A program made the translations under genes and the position numbers. Of a stretch of 41,894 bases of DNA, positions 1 to 7,181 are shown piece by piece (within the stretch, counting starts at the first letter, position 1; the number at the start of each line of letters is the position of its first letter). The DNA is from Candidatus Moraniibacteriota bacterium (lineage in GTDB: Bacteria; Patescibacteriota; Minisyncoccia; Moranbacterales; UBA1568), in contig JBAWZR010000002.1 in NCBI GenBank assembly GCA_037142915.1, forward strand, positions 1-41,894, written 5' to 3'. The notes beneath the pieces are model-generated. The model did no database searches and had not been told where the DNA came from. It was given only the letters and a program-made list of their open reading frames with translations.

Positions 1-137
1 TCGAGAAGTTGAATGCGGACAAGAAGACACTCGATAAATTTACGGTCACGACCGGTCTGCGCGGCGATGACTCACAGGTGGAGATCAAGCAGGGCGTGAA
101 CGAAGGCGATACAGCCGTGATCGGATTAGCGCAGTAA
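1..137 (+). CDS. Efflux periplasmic adaptor subunit (HlyD/MacA family), 3' end only
   Basis: Reading from nt 3 gives EKLNADKKTLDKFTVTTGLRGDDSQVEIKQGVNEGDTAVIGLAQ*, with TAA at 135-137. The tail pattern TG..D..VEI..G..EGD.V is typical of MacA-type adaptors. It ends 5 nt before a MacB-type ATPase start codon. Confidence 0.6.
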   Translation, partial: EKLNADKKTLDKFTVTTGLRGDDSQVEIKQGVNEGDTAVIGLAQ

Positions 138-142
138 GCTCT

Positions 143-256
143 ATGCCATTTATCGATGTGCGAAAATTGACCAAAGTGTATGCCAACGAGGGTGCGGCGA
201 CCACTGCTTTGCGCGAGGTGGTTTCCGGTCGGCTAGACTTGACGTTTCAAGATTAG
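143..256 (+). pseudogene. 5' fragment (about 30 codons) of a MacB/LolD-type ABC ATPase gene, truncated
   Basis: The 37-codon ORF reads [37 protein letters not shown]. Its first 76 nt match the start of the intact ATPase gene at 1645 with 6 substitutions, 5 of them synonymous. Homology then decays and no Walker A motif is present. Confidence 0.7.
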
Positions 257-326
257 CGTAATCCTATTGTAATATTTCGCCATATATATTATACTAGTAA
301 TATAATATCGTAAGTATTCTCATTTT

Positions 327-1640
327 ATGGCTTTGAATAAGGATATTCTGAAACAGGTGATAGCGACTCAGAGACCAGCCTTTCTTGTCATCGAAGGGTC
401 AATTGATCGTGATGTATTGAAGCGACCGGATTTTGATATACTCTGTGATATCCGTGAGGCGGTAGTGATCACGGGAGTACGACGTTCCGGCAAGTCGTAT
501 CTTATGCGACTCATTTGGCATGCTCTGAGAGTACGTGGCATAGTTGGAGAGAATAATTTTTTGTCGGTGAATTTTGAGGATGAGAAATTGATCGGATTCA
601 AGGCGACGGATTTTGATCCGCTACTGGAGAGTTTTTTCGAACTCTATCCGGTGGATCGGCGTGAGAAGATATATCTTTTCTTTGATGAAATCCAAAATAT
701 TCCCGGATGGGAAAAATTTATCCGTCGTTTGATCGAACAAGGCGGGTACAAGATATTTATCACCGGATCGAACGCGACTTTGCTCTCCAAAGAGTTGGCA
801 ACATCATTAACTGGGAGAAGTTTTCCGTTGGTGTTGTATCCCTTTTCTTTTGGAGAGTTTGTCAGATGGAAATGGGGGCGTGAGCTGAAGAAGGAAGATT
901 ACTACCAGGATGATCGGCGGGTCGAACTGATGCAATTGTTCAGTGAGTATTGTGACCAAGGCGGGTTTCCAGAGGTTATGTTACAAGGTTTTCGTCCGAT
1001 TCTTCAGGAATACTGGAAGGATATCGTGTATCGGGATATTGTGGTGCGTTATCGAATCCGTCACGAGGCTGGTTTGAGGGAATTGGCGGCGTTTATGATT
1101 GCGAATATCGGGGTGGCTATGAGTTTGGAGCGGATTGCCAAGATGACCCGGATGAAGAGCATCATGACAGTGAAGAATTATCTTTCCCATCTGCAAAATA
1201 CCTACCTTCTTTTCTTTCTTCCGAAATATAGTCACTCGGTGAAACGGCAGATATACAATCCGGACAAAGCTTATGTAGTGGACACGGGGCTGTATAATGA
1301 AGTGGCATTCACGACGAGTGCGAATGAAGGGCGGGTATTGGAAAATATAGTATGTACCGAGTTATTGCGGCGTAATTGGTCGGTTTTCTATTGGTCGAAC
1401 GGAAAGTCGGAGTGCGATTTTGTCGTACAAAAGAAAAGCATGCCTTTGCAAATGATTCAGGTGACGAAATTCTTGGATCAGACGAATGAAGATCGGGAAT
1501 TGAATGGATTACTCGGCGCGATGAACGAATACAATCTGAATGAAGGCCTGATACTGACAGCTGATCGAAGTGATATGTTTGAGAAAGAGGGGAAGCAAAT
1601 TATTATCAAGCCAGTGTGGCAGTGGTTACTTGAAGAATAA
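327..1640 (+). CDS. AAA+ ATPase of the AAA_14/DUF4143 type with a C-terminal PD-(D/E)xK-like module
   Basis: 437-aa ORF. Walker A is GVRRSGKS and Walker B is LFFDEIQNIPGW. The C-terminal SECDFVV...IQVTK resembles the nuclease-fold end of DUF4143 proteins. An AT-rich upstream region lies at 257-326. Confidence 0.85.
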   Translation: MALNKDILKQVIATQRPAFLVIEGSIDRDVLKRPDFDILCDIREAVVITGVRRSGKSYLMRLIWHALRVRGIVGENNFLSVNFEDEKLIGFKATDFDPLLESFFELYPVDRREKIYLFFDEIQNIPGWEKFIRRLIEQGGYKIFITGSNATLLSKELATSLTGRSFPLVLYPFSFGEFVRWKWGRELKKEDYYQDDRRVELMQLFSEYCDQGGFPEVMLQGFRPILQEYWKDIVYRDIVVRYRIRHEAGLRELAAFMIANIGVAMSLERIAKMTRMKSIMTVKNYLSHLQNTYLLFFLPKYSHSVKRQIYNPDKAYVVDTGLYNEVAFTTSANEGRVLENIVCTELLRRNWSVFYWSNGKSECDFVVQKKSMPLQMIQVTKFLDQTNEDRELNGLLGAMNEYNLNEGLILTADRSDMFEKEGKQIIIKPVWQWLLEE

Positions 1641-1644
1641 AATT

Positions 1645-2457
1645 ATGCCATTTATCGATGTGCGACAATTGACGAAAGTGTATGCCAACGAGGGCGCGGC
1701 GACGACCGCTTTGCGTGAGGCGAGTTTTGGTATCGAGAAGGGGGAATTCGTGGCGCTGATGGGGCCCTCTGGCTCGGGCAAGTCGACTTTGATGCATATT
1801 CTTGGATTGCTCGACCAGCCGACGAGCGGGGAGTATTGGTTCGACGGGATGAACACGGCGCAGATGGAGTCTGATCAATTGGCGGAATTGCGCAATCAAA
1901 AAATCGGTTTTATTTTTCAGTCGTTCAATTTGTTGCCACGGACGACGGCTTTTGAAAATGTCGAATTACCACTGCTCTATGATGTGTACGGATTGAGCCA
2001 GCGGGGTTTGAATATGCAGGGCGGGCAATGGAATCCGGCAAATATTTGGCAGGGTGTGCAGCGATCGTGGCAAGGGATGAGCAAGAGCGTGCATACGGAG
2101 AAGGTGATGCGGGCATTGGATGCGGTCGGGATGGCACATCGGGCGGAGTACGGATCCAACCAGCTCTCAGGTGGTGAGATGCAGCGGGTGGCGATCGCGC
2201 GCGCGTTGGTCAATGAGCCAGATATTATTTTTGCCGATGAGCCGACGGGCAATCTCGATTCGAAATCCGGATTGCAAGTGATGGCTATTTTGCAGGCGCT
2301 CAATGATGCTGGACACACGGTGATTCTCGTGACGCACGAGACCTCGACCGCTCAGCATGCCAAGCGGATGCTCTACCTCAAAGACGGTGTCATCATCGCC
2401 GACGACCCGATCACCAATAGGCGTATAGCCAAGAACGAAGTCGACCTGGCGAAGTAG
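1645..2457 (+). CDS. ABC transporter ATP-binding protein, MacB/LolD type
   Basis: Walker [11 protein letters not shown]-loop FQSFNLL, signature LSGGEMQRV, Walker B IIFADEPT and H-loop VTHE are all present. I chose the start at ATG 1645 (MPFIDV...) rather than the track start 1570, because it matches the duplicated fragment at 143 and sits 4 nt after the previous stop. Confidence 0.9.
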   Translation: MPFIDVRQLTKVYANEGAATTALREASFGIEKGEFVALMGPSGSGKSTLMHILGLLDQPTSGEYWFDGMNTAQMESDQLAELRNQKIGFIFQSFNLLPRTTAFENVELPLLYDVYGLSQRGLNMQGGQWNPANIWQGVQRSWQGMSKSVHTEKVMRALDAVGMAHRAEYGSNQLSGGEMQRVAIARALVNEPDIIFADEPTGNLDSKSGLQVMAILQALNDAGHTVILVTHETSTAQHAKRMLYLKDGVIIADDPITNRRIAKNEVDLAK

Positions 2458-2469
2458 TCTCACCGTGTC

Positions 2470-2490
2470 ATCCCGCACTTGATGCGGGAT
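2470..2490 (+). terminator. 8-bp perfect hairpin (ATCCCGCA-cttga-TGCGGGAT) just after the ATPase stop; palindromic element or terminator
   Basis: The stem is 2470-2477/2483-2490 with a 5-nt loop. A TTTT run follows at 2497-2500. The opposite strand would read WIPHQVRDD, a peptide-like signature I associate with a widespread hairpin repeat class. Confidence 0.5.
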
Positions 2491-2526
2491 CCAGAGTTTT
2501 GAGAGAAGTTTCAAATTATGTTCACC

Positions 2527-2563
2527 TATAGGTTAGTATAATTTGGAATTATAGTAACCTATA
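2527..2563. promoter_or_regulatory. 16-bp inverted repeat (TATAGGTTAGTATAAT-ttgga-ATTATAGTAACCTATA) in the AT-rich region upstream of the DHH gene; candidate operator/promoter
   Basis: The arms at 2527-2542 and 2548-2563 are reverse complements with 1 mismatch. Each arm contains a TATAAT-like hexamer. A second perfect 14-nt palindrome, TAAACTATAGTTTA, lies at 2587-2600. Confidence 0.35.
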
Positions 2564-2628
2564 CATTACGATAATAATTATTCTAGTAAACTATAGTTTA
2601 TTATAATAATTGATAAGAGGTTCATATT

Positions 2629-3576
2629 ATGGAGAATTTATTGGAAAATAGAATCGTTATTACTTCGGGTTTTCGGTTTATTGATATAGACGCTTTTGCT
2701 TGTATTTACGCATATCAGGAATTGTTGCGTTTACAAGGTAAGCTAGCGCAGGCGGTCATTACCGCGCCACTCAATGTGAGTATCACCAAAAAGTATCGAG
2801 CACTGAATTTTTACGCGAAGGAATTTGTTGCGTCTGATGTGGACCAATTTGTTGTCGTTGATGTTTCTGACCCGGAGCAGATCGAGGGGTTTGTTTCAGC
2901 AGAGAAAACAGTATATATTTTTGACCATCATCCCGGATTCGAATCCTTTTGGTTTGACCGGATCGGTAGCGACGCTATTATAGAGCCGATTGGCGCGGCC
3001 GCGACACTCGTTGTCCGAGAATATCACAAGGCGAATTTCTTTTCGAAAATCTCTCCTCTGGCGGCCGAGCTTTTGGCGGTGGCGATACTTTCGAACACGC
3101 TCTTTTTTCAAGCGAAGATTTCTACTAATGAAGATAGGGAAGCCTATGATGAACTCAAAAAAATATTTCACGCTCCCAACGACTTCGAACATCGGTATTT
3201 TTCCGAAGTTCAGAGAGGTATTGAGTCGGAATTTCAATCGGCACTGCGGGATGATTCCAAACGCTTTGACGTGAACGGACACTCTCTGTTTATCGCTCAG
3301 CTCGAAGTCTGGAACGAACTCCCGATTATCAATGACCGACTGAAAGACGTGCGAACTTTTCTTGAGAATACGACTGATAAATGTGCTTTTCTGAATCTTA
3401 TAGGGCTTGAAATTGGAAGTAATGTACTTGTTTTTCGCGATGCCGAATCACTCGTATGGGTGAGGCAATGTTTCCCTGAATTTGAGTATGACTTGGAAAA
3501 TAATACCGCGAAGACGCCGCATGTTATGCTTCGGAAGGAAATTATCCCGCGTCTCCTGAGCGGTCCTATTGAGTAA
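2629..3576 (+). CDS. DHH-family phosphoesterase
   Basis: 315-aa ORF with the ordered DHH motifs: FIDIDAF (DxD), VVVDVSD and IFDHHPG (DHH). I recognised no GGGH/DHHA1 motif. Confidence 0.75.
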   Translation: MENLLENRIVITSGFRFIDIDAFACIYAYQELLRLQGKLAQAVITAPLNVSITKKYRALNFYAKEFVASDVDQFVVVDVSDPEQIEGFVSAEKTVYIFDHHPGFESFWFDRIGSDAIIEPIGAAATLVVREYHKANFFSKISPLAAELLAVAILSNTLFFQAKISTNEDREAYDELKKIFHAPNDFEHRYFSEVQRGIESEFQSALRDDSKRFDVNGHSLFIAQLEVWNELPIINDRLKDVRTFLENTTDKCAFLNLIGLEIGSNVLVFRDAESLVWVRQCFPEFEYDLENNTAKTPHVMLRKEIIPRLLSGPIE

Positions 3577-3588
3577 TCAGTACGAAAT

Positions 3589-4827
3589 ATGTTTTTCCTT
3601 TTCAGGTTGGTACAAATGGCGTGGAAGAATTTGTTGGCGGCCAAGACGCGGACTTTTTTGACCATCCTCGGTATCGTGATCGGTATCGCTTCGGTGCAGA
3701 TCGTGCTTTCGATAGGCGAGTCGGCACAGCAGCTTATCCTTGGAGAAATCCGCAATGTCGGTTCAAACTTGATTGGTGTTTTACCTGGTGCGTCGGACGA
3801 AAAAGGTCCGCCTGCATCGGTGTTTGGTGTGGTGACGACGACGCTCAAAGCGAGTGATATGGAACGAGTGGCGCGCGAAACTCCATCAGTTGCGGAGTGG
3901 AGTGGTTATGTGAGCGGTTCGGCCACGGCTAAATTTGAAAGTCAGTCTTATAATGTGAGCTATCAGGGTGTATCGGCAGAGATGGCGAGTGTTGAGAATA
4001 TCACTGTAGCCAAGGGACGCTTCTTCACCTCTGAAGAAAATCAGGGTCTGGCCAAGGTGATCGTGTTGGGTTCGGAACGAGCGAAGGATCTTTTTGGTGG
4101 TAATAATCCGATCGGTGAGCGGTTGAGTTTCGGCAAGATTACCGTGGTCGTGATCGGTGTGATGGCATCGCGTGGGGCAGGTGGCTTCTCTAATTCTGAT
4201 CAGATGGTGTTCATACCACTTTTGACAGCACAGAAATTGTTGCTGGGAATCGATTATCTTAATTTTGCGCGTCTCAAAGTGGATCAGGAAAAAAGTATCC
4301 CTGCTACCGTTGAGAATATTCGGCGGATCATCAGGGAGGAGCACAATATCAAATCGAACCAGTCGGACGATTTCTCGGTGCGCAATACGGCCGATGCTCT
4401 GAAAATTCTCACGCAGGTGACGGATGCGGTGCGGTACTTCCTCGTGTTCGTAGCATCGATCTCGTTGTTCGTGGGTGGGATCGGGATTATGAACATTATG
4501 CTCATCGCGCTCAAGCAGCGGATACGCGAGGTGGGACTCCGCAAAGCGTTGGGCGCGCGCGATGGTGATATTCAGTTTCAATTCATCGTGGAAGCGGTAT
4601 TCCTCTCGTTGTCGGGTGGCGTGATGGGTATTATCCTTGGCGTGATATTGACTTTCATCGCGGCGCTCATCATTCAGGGGATGGGGTATGATTGGCAATT
4701 TTTGTTGACTTTTTCTTCCGTGTTCGAGGCGTGTGCTGTGGCGGTGATTATCGGGATTATTTTTGGTACCTATCCGGCTCGCCAAGCCGCTAAAGTAAGC
4801 CCAATGGAGGCTCTACGCTACGAGTAG
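3589..4827 (+). CDS. ABC transporter permease, MacB/FtsX family
   Basis: 412-aa ORF. The N-terminal TM is AWKNLLAAKTRTFLTILGIVIGIASV. A large periplasmic loop follows, then a C-terminal FtsX-type 3-TM bundle (REVGLRKALGAR ... FGTYPARQAAKVSPMEALRYE). Confidence 0.9.
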   Translation: MFFLFRLVQMAWKNLLAAKTRTFLTILGIVIGIASVQIVLSIGESAQQLILGEIRNVGSNLIGVLPGASDEKGPPASVFGVVTTTLKASDMERVARETPSVAEWSGYVSGSATAKFESQSYNVSYQGVSAEMASVENITVAKGRFFTSEENQGLAKVIVLGSERAKDLFGGNNPIGERLSFGKITVVVIGVMASRGAGGFSNSDQMVFIPLLTAQKLLLGIDYLNFARLKVDQEKSIPATVENIRRIIREEHNIKSNQSDDFSVRNTADALKILTQVTDAVRYFLVFVASISLFVGGIGIMNIMLIALKQRIREVGLRKALGARDGDIQFQFIVEAVFLSLSGGVMGIILGVILTFIAALIIQGMGYDWQFLLTFSSVFEACAVAVIIGIIFGTYPARQAAKVSPMEALRYE

Positions 4828-4829
4828 AC

Positions 4830-4858
4830 TTGACTTTTCCAATGAAGTGTGCTATATT
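4830..4858 (+). promoter_or_regulatory. Sigma70-type promoter for the Gly/Tyr-rich gene
   Basis: The -35 is TTGACT (4830-4835), the spacer is 17 nt, and the extended -10 is TGcTATATT (-10 at 4853-4858). It lies about 60 nt upstream of ATG 4920, which has a GGAGAGAG Shine-Dalgarno sequence. Confidence 0.55.
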
Positions 4859-4919
4859 TAAAGAGTTTTCAAAATAGTAAAGAATTTTTAGTTTTCTCGT
4901 TTTTTGTTAGGAGAGAGTC

Positions 4920-5291
4920 ATGAAAAAGTTTAGTTTTATTAAAAAAGGGCAAAGTGGCTTTATGAGTGGTTCAGTCATCTTGCTTGTTCTGGCATTAGCT
5001 ATAATAATGCTTGTAACAACAAGCTGCGCGGTGCCCTATGGCGGATACCGTGGCGGCTATGGCAACTATGGTGGTGGATACGGAGGTGGCAGGTATGCGC
5101 CATACTCCCAAGGTGGCTACTATGGTAACTATGGCGGTAACAACTACCGTGGTGGTGGCTATTATGGTGGCAACAACTATGGTGGTGGTGGCTATTATGG
5201 TGGCAACAACTATGGTGGACACCATGATGGTGGTTACCATGGCGGTTATGGCGGATACCATGACGGTGGCCGTGGAGGATGGCATCGCTAG
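4920..5291 (+). CDS. Small secreted or membrane-anchored Gly/Tyr/Asn-rich low-complexity protein
   Basis: 123-aa ORF with a good SD. The N-terminal hydrophobic segment SVILLVLALAIIMLVTTSC is followed by about 85 aa made almost only of G, Y, N, H and R (GGYYGGNNYGG repeats). Confidence 0.7.
   Translation: MKKFSFIKKGQSGFMSGSVILLVLALAIIMLVTTSCAVPYGGYRGGYGNYGGGYGGGRYAPYSQGGYYGNYGGNNYRGGGYYGGNNYGGGGYYGGNNYGGHHDGGYHGGYGGYHDGGRGGWHR
5157..5218 (+). repeat. Tandem direct repeat, 33-nt unit x about 1.9, inside the Gly/Tyr-rich CDS
   Basis: GGCTATTATGGTGGCAACAACTATGGTGGTGGT at 5157-5189 is repeated at 5190-5218. Confidence 0.8.
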
Positions 5292-5337
5292 AAAGTCAAA
5301 AAAAAGGACAACTCGCGCAGGGATGCGCAAAAAAAGA

Positions 5338-5372
5338 ACGGCGACACAAAACAAATGTGTATGCCGTTTTTT
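5338..5372. terminator. Bidirectional intrinsic terminator between convergent genes
   Basis: The stem ACGGC-g-ACACA / TGTGT-at-GCCGT spans 5338-5348 and 5356-5367, with loop AAACAAA. A T-run lies at 5367-5372 on the + strand. An A-run at 5329-5335 provides the T-run on the - strand. Confidence 0.6.
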
Positions 5373-5384
5373 ATTTTGTCTTGG

Positions 5385-5807
5385 TTACTTTTTCTCAGGC
5401 GAGAGGTATTCTCTCCAGATGAGCCAGAGAATGATGAATACAAGTAAAAAGATACTGATCTTCGACAAGAGCGAAAGTCCAAGAAGGCTGAGCAGGAGTA
5501 TGGCAATGAACCAGACGAGTCCGATAATCGTGATGATACGGTTCCAGATCGGGGTCGGCGGGAATTGAAGGTGGAAATATTTGGTCGTCCAGGCTAGCCC
5601 GAGGAAGAGAATGACTTGAATGATGATGGGATAGGCGAGATTGAAACGCGGTGAGATCATCGACGGGATGAGTGTTTCGAGTGAGAAGAGTGCGGCGACA
5701 CCGAGCGTGACCCAGACGAGGGTGTCGCGGAGAATGGCAAAAAGCAGGAATCCGAAGGAAGGTTCTCGTAGGAGTAGTTGAAATCGGGAGGAGAGATTAT
5801 TGTACAT
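5385..5807 (-). CDS. Small multi-pass membrane protein, unknown function
   Basis: The ORF is open to 5891. I prefer the ATG at 5807 (MYNNLSSRF...) because it overlaps the upstream stop by only 11 nt, whereas the 5891 start would overlap by 95 nt. About 4 hydrophobic helices are present. Confidence 0.5.
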   Translation of the reverse strand: MYNNLSSRFQLLLREPSFGFLLFAILRDTLVWVTLGVAALFSLETLIPSMISPRFNLAYPIIIQVILFLGLAWTTKYFHLQFPPTPIWNRIITIIGLVWFIAILLLSLLGLSLLSKISIFLLVFIILWLIWREYLSPEKK

Positions 5808-7161
5808 AGCGCTTGAGAATTTGTTGTTTGATAATCGAGAGCGTATCGCGAAGATTGCTATATTGAAGTGCGGTCGAGAAGTCGGCTTCAAGCATATTGA
5901 GAGTGGTGCCAGTGCTGGATGTGCGCACGGTTAATTCGTAGGCATTGCCTGGAAGCGAGGCAAAGCGTTCGAGATCGGCATCGCAGCTGTATGTCCGGTT
6001 GAAAAAGAAACCATGCGGTTGGACAGTGCACGAGGTGAATCGTCCGGCGGCCTGGGAAGAAGTGATGATAGGTGTGGTGTGACGAGCGAGCAGCGTGCGC
6101 AGGGTTTTGGTTGGAATACGTTGGAGTTGTTGCTCCGCCGAGATGACGAAAGCATCATCGGTATCGCGGTCAACGAAAATCGCTCCGACTGGTTGAGGGC
6201 TGCTGGCTTGCACGAGCTTTCCTTGTGCGTAGATGCCGAGGTCTTCTTCGGAGGCGGGGACGACTTTGTTCCAATCGAAACCGAGTGAGGTAAATGAAGC
6301 GGGATCGCTGATCGGGTGGAGCGTGCCATTGTCAATGACGAAAACTCCATCGGCGAATCCGAGCAATGTGTCACTCGCAAAGCCAAGCCACGGGCTATCG
6401 GTAGAAAAATCTTTCAAGAAATCAGCGGTTTTTCGGATAGCTTGATTTTTTTCATAGAAGGAAAGAAAGGCGTTTTCGCTTACGAACCGGACGAGCTTGG
6501 GCATGGTATCGGTGTTGGAAGTATCCTGGAGTTGGTAGTAAGCATCGTCGATGGTAAATACTGTACCAGCCGGATACCCGGAAATATTTTTCCAGACAGT
6601 GGACTGAGGAATGCTCGTGAATTCTTCGCCGGGAAGAGAGATAAATGCGGTCGGGTCGTAGCCGAGGGTCTTGACAGTTTTGATCGAGTCGAAGTCGATG
6701 CGTTGACCGACGGTGTCGATGAGAGCATAGCGGTTGTCAGAGACGAGCAGTGTGCCGAAGGGAAAACGAGCGGGTTCTGAGGCGATGGGGAGGAAAAAAC
6801 TAATATAAGAACGGCGGAGTGTGGCAGTAGTGCCAGTGAGAGGGGTACTTTTTTTACTCGGCGTGAATGAAATATGCGCGTTGGAAAAGTCTCCTGAATG
6901 GCTCATTGTGGTGATGAGGGTTTGTGTGTTTCCAAGTTGCCCGTTGGCGAGACTGATACCAGTGTCAGTGCGAGGCGTGGTGAAGGTGTTGGTGGGACTC
7001 GTCGGTTTGTTGAAATTGAACACTATTGCTGAGATCGGAAAGAGGAGACGAATGATGCCCCAAACCGCAATAGCAAGGCCAGCGAAAAAAATCACTGTCC
7101 GCGCAACGAAAATACGGCGACGCCAGGGTTTAGAAAGAGTTATAGATGAAGGATTATTCAT
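5797..7161 (-). CDS. Hypothetical protein with one N-terminal TM anchor and a large extracytoplasmic domain
   Basis: 454-aa ORF. The sequence RRRIFVARTVIFFAGLAIAVWGIIRLLF is followed by a Thr/Ser/Pro-rich linker. I recognised no family motif. It appears co-oriented and tightly packed with 7182-9044. Confidence 0.7.
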   Translation of the reverse strand: MNNPSSITLSKPWRRRIFVARTVIFFAGLAIAVWGIIRLLFPISAIVFNFNKPTSPTNTFTTPRTDTGISLANGQLGNTQTLITTMSHSGDFSNAHISFTPSKKSTPLTGTTATLRRSYISFFLPIASEPARFPFGTLLVSDNRYALIDTVGQRIDFDSIKTVKTLGYDPTAFISLPGEEFTSIPQSTVWKNISGYPAGTVFTIDDAYYQLQDTSNTDTMPKLVRFVSENAFLSFYEKNQAIRKTADFLKDFSTDSPWLGFASDTLLGFADGVFVIDNGTLHPISDPASFTSLGFDWNKVVPASEEDLGIYAQGKLVQASSPQPVGAIFVDRDTDDAFVISAEQQLQRIPTKTLRTLLARHTTPIITSSQAAGRFTSCTVQPHGFFFNRTYSCDADLERFASLPGNAYELTVRTSSTGTTLNMLEADFSTALQYSNLRDTLSIIKQQILKRYVQ

Positions 7162-7181
7162 AAGTATTGAGGCTGGAAAAT

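Noticed and set aside
1570-1644. Track N-terminal extensions: 1570 for the ATPase, 23249 for the ligase-family gene, 19516, 26171, 27493, 40430, 41335 and 5891(-).
   Set aside because: The extensions overlap upstream genes, terminators or repeats, or use TTG/GTG where a downstream ATG gives a canonical N-terminus. I chose the shorter starts but cannot prove them.
3297-4785. Long antisense ORFs (3297-3848 -, 3886-4785 -) opposite the DHH and permease genes. Similar cases are 18905-19504 -, 22173-22880 -, 28449-29180 -, 40517-41227 - and 21409-21873 -.
   Set aside because: Each lies entirely within a sense-strand gene that has clear family motifs. Their translations are low-complexity, Arg/Ser/His-rich and carry no motifs, so they are shadow ORFs.
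5311-5335. Small hairpin GCGCA-ggga-TGCGC as a separate terminator.
   Set aside because: The stem is only 5 bp and is flanked by A-runs. The adjacent 5338-5372 structure explains termination in both directions better.
4995-5568. ORFs 5038-5568 (+) and 4995-5354 (-) overlapping the Gly/Tyr-rich gene.
   Set aside because: They are alternative-frame readings of the GGT/TAT repeat DNA (poly-V/T/M/A products). They lack an SD or promoter. The 4920 frame has the promoter, SD, signal-like N-terminus and terminator.
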